Assembly (NCBI GenBank): GCA_013388435.1
Contig: JACAFE010000018.1
Location: forward strand, 13,390 to 77,389
Source of the DNA: Nitrospirota bacterium
GTDB taxonomy: Bacteria; Nitrospirota; Thermodesulfovibrionia; Thermodesulfovibrionales; SM23-35
Length of the DNA: 64,000 nt
Direction: 5' to 3'
Shown: one piece after another, positions 39,907 through 47,912 of the stretch
Layout: every line of letters starts with the position of its first letter
Numbering within the stretch: position 1 is the first letter of the stretch
Made by a program: the position numbers and the translations under genes
Notes under the pieces: model-generated
Told to the model about the DNA's origin: nothing
Seen by the model: the letters and a program-made list of their open reading frames with translations, nothing else
Databases searched by the model: none

Positions 39907-40212
39907 TCAGCCCTGCATCTCTTTGATTTCATCAACATGGGCGGTTGCTCTGTTCCTGAACATTGCAATTACAATCGCAAGTCCGATAGCTGCTTCAGCA
40001 GCAGCGACCGCGATCACAAAAAACGCAAGTATCTGCCCCCTTAAATCCTGTATATAATGACTGAGAGCTATTAAATTAATGTTGACTCCGTTTAACATTA
40101 ATTCTATAGACATTAACATAATAATTATGTTTCTTCTTGAAAGAAAACCAAAGACACCGATTGAAAATACAGCAAGACTTAATAACATATACCAGCTTAA
40201 TGGGACAGCCAT
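39907..40212 (-). CDS. nuoK: Complex I-type subunit K
   Basis: 101 aa, 3 TM, with conserved mid-membrane Glu residues (SIELMLNG, AAAEAAIGLA). Confidence 0.9.
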   Translation of the reverse strand: MAVPLSWYMLLSLAVFSIGVFGFLSRRNIIIMLMSIELMLNGVNINLIALSHYIQDLRGQILAFFVIAVAAAEAAIGLAIVIAMFRNRATAHVDEIKEMQG

Positions 40213-40213
40213 T

Positions 40214-40726
40214 TTAACTCTTAAGCCTCCTTTTTGCGAGGACTATTGCTCCAATCATTGCAACAAGAAGAATCAAAGAAGCAACTTCAAAAGGATAAAT
40301 AAATTCTGTATATAATAATTTACCGAGAGCTTTTATGTGTGTCTCCTGCTTGATCAAATCTATTGAATATTTACCCGGAGGCGCAGCAATAAAAGAACTC
40401 AGTGACATTGAAACAGCTACAAAAAGTCCAAGAGCAAAGGTAAAACCTGTTGGGCCGAATGTAGTATATTTACCTATTGATAATTCTTCACGAAGGTTCA
40501 TCAATAGAACAACAAATAGGAATAAAACGAGTATGCCTCCTGCATAGACTATAACCTGTATAGCAGCCATGAATTCAGCATTTAGAAATAAATATAATCC
40601 TGCTATGTGGAAAAACAGGAGAAGCATCCATAAGACACTATGAACAGGATTCTTTCTTGTTACTACAAGCAATGAAAGAACCACAATTGCAAAAGCAAAA
40701 TATATAAAAAAGCCTATGGATACCAT
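40214..40726 (-). CDS. nuoJ: Complex I-type subunit J
   Basis: 170 aa membrane protein in the expected operon position. It has the typical VIVYAGGILVLFLFV segment. Confidence 0.88.
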   Translation of the reverse strand: MVSIGFFIYFAFAIVVLSLLVVTRKNPVHSVLWMLLLFFHIAGLYLFLNAEFMAAIQVIVYAGGILVLFLFVVLLMNLREELSIGKYTTFGPTGFTFALGLFVAVSMSLSSFIAAPPGKYSIDLIKQETHIKALGKLLYTEFIYPFEVASLILLVAMIGAIVLAKRRLKS

Positions 40727-41250
40727 TATCTTTTACCTCCATACATTGCCTGTCCGGGAGGTGTTCCAAAATCCTCTGACATAGGCCTCCAGAATTTCTT
40801 ATAATATTCTTCGCCTTTTGTCCCTGGCATATATTTATCCCAGTTCGATAATAATTTTTCCTTTGTCATCATTAAATCCTGTTTATTGTAAGCTGAATAT
40901 TCATAATTTCCAGTTAAAGATATGGCTCCATAGGGACAGGCTTCAACACAGAATCCACAATATATACATCTCAGAAGTTCTATCTGATATTTTGTAACCT
41001 GGCCTTTTTCTCTGGTTATGCTTATGCATTGTGAAGGACATATTGTTGCGCATAATCCACAACCAACGCACTTGGCTTTTCCCCCGCGTTTTGAAAGAGC
41101 ATGTTGTCCTCTGAAACCCGGGGCAATCTTTCTTCTTTCATCGGGATATTGTATGGTTACAGCTCTGGAAAACATCCTTCTTAATGTTAAAGCCATTCCT
41201 TTTAGTATTTCTATAAAGGTAATTGTCTTAATGAAATGTTTGAATGTCAC
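40726..41250 (-). CDS. nuoI: Complex I-type subunit I (2x[4Fe-4S], TYKY)
   Basis: 174 aa with a GTG start. The two cluster motifs are CVGCGLCATICP and CIYCGFCVEACP. Confidence 0.9.
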   Translation of the reverse strand: MTFKHFIKTITFIEILKGMALTLRRMFSRAVTIQYPDERRKIAPGFRGQHALSKRGGKAKCVGCGLCATICPSQCISITREKGQVTKYQIELLRCIYCGFCVEACPYGAISLTGNYEYSAYNKQDLMMTKEKLLSNWDKYMPGTKGEEYYKKFWRPMSEDFGTPPGQAMYGGKR

Positions 41251-41251
41251 G

Positions 41252-42310
41252 CTACAATACCTCTTTTAAAATTATTTTTACGAGTCCTGTTAAAAGAATA
41301 TTACCAATTGCGACCGGAATCAAAATTTTCCAGCCTATAGCCATAAACTGGTCATATCTGTATCTTGGCACAGTTGCTCTTATCCAGTAATAGAAAAAGA
41401 AAAATGCATAAACTTTTAATACAAACCATACAACTCCTGGCACATAACTAAGGAATGGGAATATTTTTAAAACATACCATGGTAATGTCCATCCCCCTAA
41501 AAAACATATTGTGCATAATGAAGCCATTAAAATCATTGCTATATATTCACCAAGGAAAAAGAGTGCAAATCTGAAACTGCTATATTCTGTAAAATAACCT
41601 GCAACAAGTTCGCTTTCTGCCTCGGGCAGGTCAAAAGGTGTTCGGTTTGTTTCTGCAACTGCTGCAATTACAAATACAATAAATCCGATAAACTGTGGGA
41701 TAGCATACATGCCAAATATTGATTCACCTTGCGCTCTGATTATATCCGAGAGATTCAATGAACCTGCCATCATCATAACACCAACAAGGCTGAGTCCCAT
41801 TGCAATTTCATAGCTTATTACCTGTGCAGATGATCTAAGACCGCCCATGAATGCATATTTTGAGTTTGACGCCCATCCTGATATAAATATTCCGTAAACA
41901 CCGATGCCTGCCATCGCAAAAATAAATAATAGCCCAACATTAATATCGGCTATGACAAAATTTGCATCAAATGGTATAACTGATAAATTGACCATTGCGG
42001 CAGCCATAAAAATTATTGGAGCGATATAAAATACAACTTTGTCAGCCTGTGCAGGTATAATATCTTCTTTAAAGAAAAGTTTTATACCATCTGCAAAAGG
42101 TTGTAATAATCCATGCGGACCCACTCTCATAGGACCAAGTCTGACCTGCATATGACCTATAACCTTACGTTCAAAATAGGTTGCGTATGCCACATGAAGC
42201 AAGCCAATTGCAAGCACAATCACAATTTTTAAAAGTATAATTGCAACATCAATGCCGAATTTAATTAAAGCATCAACTGTTGAAGGACTTATTACATTTG
42301 CCATATTCAT
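41252..42310 (-). CDS. nuoH: Complex I-type subunit H
   Basis: The ORF extends to 42346, but ATG 42310 (MNMANV...) lies 4 nt after the nuoD stop and is the more likely start. The sequence is canonical NuoH (ERKVIGHMQVRLGPMRVGPHGLLQPFADGIKL). Confidence 0.9.
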   Translation of the reverse strand: MNMANVISPSTVDALIKFGIDVAIILLKIVIVLAIGLLHVAYATYFERKVIGHMQVRLGPMRVGPHGLLQPFADGIKLFFKEDIIPAQADKVVFYIAPIIFMAAAMVNLSVIPFDANFVIADINVGLLFIFAMAGIGVYGIFISGWASNSKYAFMGGLRSSAQVISYEIAMGLSLVGVMMMAGSLNLSDIIRAQGESIFGMYAIPQFIGFIVFVIAAVAETNRTPFDLPEAESELVAGYFTEYSSFRFALFFLGEYIAMILMASLCTICFLGGWTLPWYVLKIFPFLSYVPGVVWFVLKVYAFFFFYYWIRATVPRYRYDQFMAIGWKILIPVAIGNILLTGLVKIILKEVL

Positions 42311-42314
42311 AATT

Positions 42315-43793
42315 CTACCTGTCACACTCTCCAAGAACAATATCAATTGTTCCGATATTAGCTATAACATCAGCAACCAAATGCCCTTTGCAGAGTCTTT
42401 CAAGACATCCTGCGTGAATGAAAGACGGAGACCTTACCCTCATTCTGTAGGGCTTATGAGTACCATCGCTTACAAAATAAAATCCAAGCTCTCCTTTTGG
42501 GACCTCTGTTGCCACATAAACTTCGCCTTCAGGAACTTTTGGTCCTTTTTTAATAAAATCAAAATGTGCAACAAGCGCTTCCTGAGCTTTCTTAAATTCA
42601 TCAGCAACAGGCTGGGCTGAAAGTTCAACAAGTTTCTCTTCAGGCTGTCCCTTGCCTCCCGGGATTATTTTCAAAGCTTTGAATTTACATGTTACAAAAC
42701 ATGTTGCGCATTGCAGACATAAAGATTGATCAATCTTATGTGGTTTCTTCTTCTCTCCTGTTATTGCCTTTGCTGGACATGCCCTTAGACACATCCCACA
42801 TCCTTTGCATGCTTTTTCATCAATAAAATATGCGATTTCATTTACTGGATGTGTGATTATCAACATTTTATCTTTTGGAGGAAGTACAAATTTTGGAGCA
42901 TCAGCCATCACAGGTCCGGCAGGAAGTTTTTCAAGACATTGTCTGATTATTTTTACAGACTGCCTCAACTCGAGCATTCTGCAACGGTATCTATCATATG
43001 TATCGCCTGCGGTGCCTATGGGAACTTCGAACTCAACCTGATCATAGGCATCATATGGCATAAATTTTCTTATATCATACGGGATTCCCGAACCTCTTAA
43101 TGTTGGTCCTGTCATTCCCCAGTTAATCGCTTCTTCAGCAGATATAACTCCAATTCCAACAGTTCTCTTGAGCCAGATTCTGTTCTGATCAATTAAAGTT
43201 TCATATTCGAGAATTCTCGAAGGAAATTCTGCAAGGAATTTCACAAGATGATCTATAAATTCCTGAGATATATCATTTCTAACACCACCAACTCTTGGAT
43301 ATGTAACTGTAAGTCTTGCCCCGCATATCATTTCGAATAGTTCAAGTATCCATTCTCTTTCTCTAAAGCAATAAAGGAATACTGTCATTGCGCCAATATC
43401 TAAGGCATGTGTTGCAAGCCACAATAGGTGGTTTGAAATTCTTGATAATTCACCAACAATTGTTCTTATAAATTTTGCACGGGGCGGGGCTTCTATGCCA
43501 TAAAGTTTTTCTACTGCTACGCAATATCCAATGTTATTGGACATTGCTGAAACATAGTCCATTCTGTCTGTTAAAGGCAATGCCTGAAAGTAACTAAGAT
43601 TTTCACCAAGTTTTTCTATTCCGCGATGCAGATAACCAACATATGGAGTAAGTCTGACAATAGTTTCACCATCTAAATCCAGTACCACTCTTAATACTCC
43701 ATGAGTGGCCGGATGCTGAGGCCCCATGTTAACATTCAGTTCTCTTGTTTCAAAGATTTTTTCTGGCTCCTGCATCTTAATCATGCCATTCAA
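42315..43793 (-). CDS. nuoD: Complex I-type subunit D (49-kDa/Nqo4) carrying an inserted 2x[4Fe-4S] ferredoxin-type domain
   Basis: 492 aa, against roughly 400 aa for typical stand-alone NuoD. The N- and C-terminal parts are canonical ([13 protein letters not shown]...; ...[13 protein letters not shown]...RVRSPSFIH...DIVLGECDR). An extra segment at aa ~311-404 (42582-42863) carries [12 protein letters not shown] and [17 protein letters not shown] lies 5 nt upstream of ATG 43793. Confidence 0.9.
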   Translation of the reverse strand: MNGMIKMQEPEKIFETRELNVNMGPQHPATHGVLRVVLDLDGETIVRLTPYVGYLHRGIEKLGENLSYFQALPLTDRMDYVSAMSNNIGYCVAVEKLYGIEAPPRAKFIRTIVGELSRISNHLLWLATHALDIGAMTVFLYCFREREWILELFEMICGARLTVTYPRVGGVRNDISQEFIDHLVKFLAEFPSRILEYETLIDQNRIWLKRTVGIGVISAEEAINWGMTGPTLRGSGIPYDIRKFMPYDAYDQVEFEVPIGTAGDTYDRYRCRMLELRQSVKIIRQCLEKLPAGPVMADAPKFVLPPKDKMLIITHPVNEIAYFIDEKACKGCGMCLRACPAKAITGEKKKPHKIDQSLCLQCATCFVTCKFKALKIIPGGKGQPEEKLVELSAQPVADEFKKAQEALVAHFDFIKKGPKVPEGEVYVATEVPKGELGFYFVSDGTHKPYRMRVRSPSFIHAGCLERLCKGHLVADVIANIGTIDIVLGECDR

Positions 43794-44367
43794 ACTCCTT
43801 CAGTTCCTGAGATCTCTTAATAACTTCAATAAATCCAGGCCAGTCTTTATCACCTTCGTATCCTTTTAAAGGATAATCTTTTCTTAATGGGTGACCTTCC
43901 CAGTCCTCGGGTAATAAAATTCTTCTTAAATCGGGATGCCCTACAAATTGAATTCCAAACATATCAAAACATTCTCTTTCATGCCAGTTTGCACCTGCCC
44001 AAATTGGCACGACTGAGGCAATTTTTGCATCATTTTCAGGAACCTGAGCTTTTATTCTTATTATATGACGGTATTTTGTAGATAAAAGATTATAGACAAC
44101 CTCAAATCTAACTTCTTTCTTATTAGACCAGTCAATAGCTGTTAAATCTCTCAAATGATCAAAACTAAGAACTGGTTCATCATGAAGATATTTAAGAATC
44201 GAGAAGCTTTGGTTTTTCTTTATGATAACAGCAACCTGATCCCTGAAATTGGTAACATCAATTACCTGTTCAGGGAATTTTTCTTTTATCATTTCAGCAA
44301 TTTTTTCCTGCTCTATTCCAGCAGGATGTAATCCAGCTACAACTTCGGTTACCGCCATGGACTCCAC
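43777..44367 (-). CDS. nuoC: Complex I-type subunit C (30-kDa)
   Basis: 196 aa with the [24 protein letters not shown] motif. The start is GTG 44367 or ATG 44358, and it overlaps the nuoB 3' end. Confidence 0.9.
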   Translation of the reverse strand: MESMAVTEVVAGLHPAGIEQEKIAEMIKEKFPEQVIDVTNFRDQVAVIIKKNQSFSILKYLHDEPVLSFDHLRDLTAIDWSNKKEVRFEVVYNLLSTKYRHIIRIKAQVPENDAKIASVVPIWAGANWHERECFDMFGIQFVGHPDLRRILLPEDWEGHPLRKDYPLKGYEGDKDWPGFIEVIKRSQELKEFEWHD

Positions 44368-44867
44368 CTCGCCTGTTCTTTTCTTATTTTTTCCTGTAGA
44401 AGCATTACACCTTCAAGAAATGTCTCTGGTCTCGGAGGACACCCTGGTATAAAAACATCTACTGGCAGGAAAGTATCGCATCCCTGCACCGTGCTGTAGG
44501 TCTTGAAAATTCCCCCTGTACATGCGCAACTTCCAACAGAGATAACATATCTTGGTTCAGGCATCTGATCATAAACTCTTCTAACAATCGGAGCCATTTT
44601 CTTAGTAACAGTGCCGGCAATTATAATACAGTCTGCCTGCCGGGGTGAAGCTCTGAAAATAACACCGAACCTGTCGAAATCATAATGTGATGCGCCCACG
44701 GCCATCATCTCAATAGCGCATCAAGCAAGTCCGAATGTCATAGGCCATATAGATGAAAGTCTGCCCCAGTTAATAATTTTGTCGAAAGTTGTAATAATAG
44801 CATTCGGAGGCAGTATCTTAACATCCTGCTGCACCTGGATAAGGCCTATACTTGATGTATCCAGCAT
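44349..44867 (-). CDS. nuoB: Complex I-type subunit B (PSST/Nqo6) with in-frame TGA at codon 49 (candidate selenocysteine; alternatively a nonsense lesion)
   Basis: ATG 44867 is preceded by AGGGGG with a 9-nt spacer. The frame reads [48 protein letters not shown]-[TGA 44723-44721][19 protein letters not shown]...GSCACTGG...PGCPPRPE... to the stop at 44349. The track shows only the 119-aa portion after the TGA. Confidence 0.8.
44688..44723 (-). other. Hairpin that includes the nuoB UGA codon (possible recoding element)
   Basis: On the mRNA, UGAUGCGC (44723-44716) pairs perfectly with GCGCAUCA (44695-44688). That is 8 bp, plus a possible U-G extension. The intervening loop is 20 nt. Confidence 0.5.
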
Positions 44868-44892
44868 CTACAATAACCCCCTGTTAAATATT

Positions 44893-45264
44893 TTAATCCC
44901 AGACAAATGCTTCTTTTTTCCAGGCGTAAATGTATCCGATTAAAAGTATCAAAATAAAGATAACCATTTCGATAAATGCAAATATGCCTATCTTATCAAA
45001 TACAATTGCCCATGGATAAATAAAAATTGCTTCAACATCAAAAACCACGAAAAGCATTGCTATTATATAAAAACGGATTGCGAATCTTGTGCGAGGTTCA
45101 CCTTTCGGGTTAATACCAGATTCATAAGGCATTAATTTTTCAGGATAGGGTTTTTTTGGCCTGAATACTACTCCTATTAACAGTGCGCCAAAACCAAACG
45201 CCTCTGCAACGAGTATAAAAATTAAAACCGGTAAATATTCTGTTGGCAAATACGTTCCAGGCAT
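44893..45264 (-). CDS. nuoA: Complex I-type subunit A
   Basis: 123 aa, 3 TM, with the canonical YESGINP and FDVEAIFIYPWA motifs. Confidence 0.9.
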   Translation of the reverse strand: MPGTYLPTEYLPVLIFILVAEAFGFGALLIGVVFRPKKPYPEKLMPYESGINPKGEPRTRFAIRFYIIAMLFVVFDVEAIFIYPWAIVFDKIGIFAFIEMVIFILILLIGYIYAWKKEAFVWD

Positions 45265-45274
45265 AAGCGAGTAT

Positions 45275-45304
45275 GTTATACTTGAAAGTGCTCGGTCTTG
45301 TCAA
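45275..45304 (-). promoter_or_regulatory. Candidate nuo operon promoter (minus strand)
   Basis: Read on the minus strand: TTGACA (45304-45299), 18-nt spacer, TATAAC (45280-45275). Only 10 nt separate the -10 from the nuoA ATG (45264), and there is no Shine-Dalgarno sequence. Confidence 0.4.
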
Positions 45305-45526
45305 GTAAAAAATTGACTGATGTAAAATATTTTTTTTAATAGTTTGATAAGCTTATTGTTATCACTTATAAAAACAGCATAAATAGCGGATATTTTTAAT
45401 TTGCACAAAAAATTATTTCAAAAAAATTTTTAAGAGTTTATACTATGAAAGCAACCGCTATAGAAAATAAAAATTCAGACCTTTTAAATTTTATATCGGC
45501 ACAGCCGTATTAGAAAGGAGTTCTTA

Positions 45527-46357
45527 ATGTTCAAAATCCTTGAAAAACAATTATTATCTGATGCTGTAGTATTATTTGTAATCGATGCAAAAGAAATAGC
45601 TCAAAAAGCAAAAGCAGGAAACTTTTTTGTGCTTCGCATTCATGAAAAAGGAGAAAGGATTCCGCTTACTATTGCTGATTTTGACAGAGAAAAAGGTACG
45701 ATTACCACTGTTTTTCAAAAGATTGGGAAAACAACCAATGAGCTTGCTTTATTAAAAGAAGGTGATTATATTTCAGATGTAATAGGTCCATTGGGTATTC
45801 CTTCACATATTGAAAAATTCGGCAAAGTAATCTGTGTTGGCGGTGGAGTTGGAATAGCACCTATTTATCCTATTGCACGGGCACTAAAAGAAGCGGGCAA
45901 TACTGTAATTTCAGTAATTGGAGCAAGGATGAAAGAGCTTATTTTCTGGGAAGACAAAATGAAAAGCGTATCGGATGAATTAATAGTTGTAACAGATGAT
46001 GGTTCATATGGGAGAAAAGCTGTTGTTACCGTGCCTGTTGATGAAATTCTGCATGAAGATAAGGAAGTAAAACTTGTTTATGCGATAGGGCCTGCTATAA
46101 TGATGAAATTTGTTTGTATAACTACGCAAAAATATAATGTTAAAACTATTGTCAGCCTGAATTCCATAATGGTTGATGCAACAGGCATGTGCGGAGCTTG
46201 CAGGGTTGAGGTTGCGGGAGAAACAAAATTCGCCTGTGTTGATGGCCCTGAATTTGATGGGCATAAAGTAGATTTTAACCTTTTAATGTCAAGACAGAGA
46301 ATGTATATTGACGAAGAAAAAATTGCTATGGAACATTTTAAATCCGGGGTGAAATAA
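45527..46357 (+). CDS. nfnA: NfnA/SudB-type small subunit (PyrK-like FAD + [2Fe-2S] ferredoxin-NADP+ reductase subunit)
   Basis: 276 aa with a PyrK-like flavin/NAD fold (VGGGVGIAP). The C-terminal cluster motif is GMCGACRVEVAGETKFACVDGPEFDG. AAAGGAG precedes the ATG. Confidence 0.75.
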   Translation: MFKILEKQLLSDAVVLFVIDAKEIAQKAKAGNFFVLRIHEKGERIPLTIADFDREKGTITTVFQKIGKTTNELALLKEGDYISDVIGPLGIPSHIEKFGKVICVGGGVGIAPIYPIARALKEAGNTVISVIGARMKELIFWEDKMKSVSDELIVVTDDGSYGRKAVVTVPVDEILHEDKEVKLVYAIGPAIMMKFVCITTQKYNVKTIVSLNSIMVDATGMCGACRVEVAGETKFACVDGPEFDGHKVDFNLLMSRQRMYIDEEKIAMEHFKSGVK

Positions 46358-47787
46358 TGGAAGAGAAAAAACAGAAAAATAGAATTAAAATGAGAGAGCA
46401 GAATCCAATTGAAAGAGCAAAAAATTTTAATGAAGTGCCTTTTGGATATTCTCCTGAAGAGGCAATGGAAGAAGCTTCACGGTGTTTAAATTGCGTAAGA
46501 CCAACCTGCCGGGAAGGATGCCCTGTCTCAATTAATATCCCTGCATTTATTAAGTTAATTAAAGAAGGAAAATTTATAGAAGCAGCATGGAAAATAAAAG
46601 AAGAAAATGCAATGCCAGCTGTATGTGGAAGAGTCTGCCCGCAAGAGATACAATGCGAATCGAGATGCATTCTCGGAAAAAAAGGTGAGCCTGTTGCAAT
46701 TGGTAATCTTGAAAGATTTGTTGCTGATTTCGAACGTGAAAGCGGCGAAATTCAAATACCCGAAAAACCCAAACCCACTGGCAGAAAAGTTGCTGTAATA
46801 GGCTCTGGTCCCGGCGGGCTTTCATGCGCTGCAGATTTAATAAAAGAAGGGCATCAGGTTACATTGTTTGAAGCATTGCACAAACCAGGAGGTGTTCTTA
46901 TATATGGGATACCTGAATTCAGATTGCCAAAGGTTATAGTCGAAAAAGAAGTTGAATATATAAAAAAGCTTGGCGTCGAACTCAGACTTAATTCAGTCAT
47001 AGGAAAACTTTTCACAATAGATGAACTTATGAATGAACAGGGTTATGATGCCTGTTACATTGGAGCAGGCGCTGGTTTGCCTGTTTTTCTCGGAATTCCA
47101 GGTGAAAATCTGAATGGAATTTATTCAGCGAATGAATTTCTTACAAGAGCAAATCTTATGAAAGCATATCTTTTCCCTGAATATGATACCCCTATTAAAA
47201 GAGGGAAAAGTGTTGCAGTATTTGGTGGTGGAAATGTTGCGATGGATGCTGCAAGGGTTGCTTTGCGTCTCGGCTCCGAAAAAGTCTATCTAATTTATAG
47301 ACGCTCTGAAGAAGAAATGCCCGCAAGAAAAGCAGAAATTCATCATGCAAAAGAAGAAGGGATTGAGTTCATGCTTCTTACCGCTCCATTAAAATTCATA
47401 GATGATGGCAAAGGAAATGTTTGCGGTGTTGAATGCATTAAAATGGAACTCGGAGAGCCCGATGCTTCAGGAAGAAGAAAACCTGTACCAATAAAAGGAA
47501 GCGAATTTCAGCTCGAGATAGATGTTGCGATTCCTGCGATTGGGACGCGGTCGAATACATTACTTACCAGCACCATACCTGACCTTGCTTTAAACAGGAA
47601 AAATTACATAATCGCTGATCATGAAACAGGAATGACATCAAAGCCCGGCATATTTGCAGGAGGGGATATTGTCACAGGCGCTGCAACAGTAATTCTTGCT
47701 ATGGGCGCAGGCAGAAAAGCAGCTAAAGGGATTAATGACTATCTCAAGTGGAAATTCTGGGACACGAGAAAATTTATATCAAGTTAA
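46357..47787 (+). CDS. nfnB: NfnB/SudA-type large subunit (GltD-like NADPH-dependent oxidoreductase with 2x[4Fe-4S])
   Basis: 476 aa. The N-terminal Cys clusters are CLNCVRPTCREGCP and CGRVCPQEIQCE. The two dinucleotide folds are VAVIGSGPGGLSCA and VAVFGGGNVAMDAA. Confidence 0.75.
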   Translation: MEEKKQKNRIKMREQNPIERAKNFNEVPFGYSPEEAMEEASRCLNCVRPTCREGCPVSINIPAFIKLIKEGKFIEAAWKIKEENAMPAVCGRVCPQEIQCESRCILGKKGEPVAIGNLERFVADFERESGEIQIPEKPKPTGRKVAVIGSGPGGLSCAADLIKEGHQVTLFEALHKPGGVLIYGIPEFRLPKVIVEKEVEYIKKLGVELRLNSVIGKLFTIDELMNEQGYDACYIGAGAGLPVFLGIPGENLNGIYSANEFLTRANLMKAYLFPEYDTPIKRGKSVAVFGGGNVAMDAARVALRLGSEKVYLIYRRSEEEMPARKAEIHHAKEEGIEFMLLTAPLKFIDDGKGNVCGVECIKMELGEPDASGRRKPVPIKGSEFQLEIDVAIPAIGTRSNTLLTSTIPDLALNRKNYIIADHETGMTSKPGIFAGGDIVTGAATVILAMGAGRKAAKGINDYLKWKFWDTRKFISS

Positions 47788-47877
47788 TAAGCTTTCAATC
47801 TGATAAGCTGCAAAGTCCATAAACCATGATAAAATGAGGGCATCACAAGAAAATTTAGTTTTTCATTCAGGTTATGC

Positions 47878-47906
47878 TTGACCAATTTAAATTTTAATTT
47901 TTATAC
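47878..47906 (+). promoter_or_regulatory. Candidate pbpC promoter
   Basis: TTGACC (47878-83), 17-nt spacer, TTATAC (47901-06). The ATG at 47913 is only 6 nt downstream. Confidence 0.35.
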
Positions 47907-47912
47907 CTTGAG

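Noticed and set aside
44349-44708. The 119-aa track ORF as a stand-alone, N-terminally truncated NuoB (or nuoB as a dead pseudogene)
   Set aside because: The 48 codons upstream of the TGA are in the same frame. They have their own ATG and SD and encode the conserved NuoB N-terminus up to FGLA. The internal-Met product would lack two of the four N2 ligands. A pseudogene cannot be fully excluded, so it is kept as the alternative in the finding.
45446-45514. 22-aa ORF (MKATAIENKNSDLLNFISAQPY) in the nuo/nfn divergent region
   Set aside because: It has no RBS and no conservation evidence, so it is likely random.
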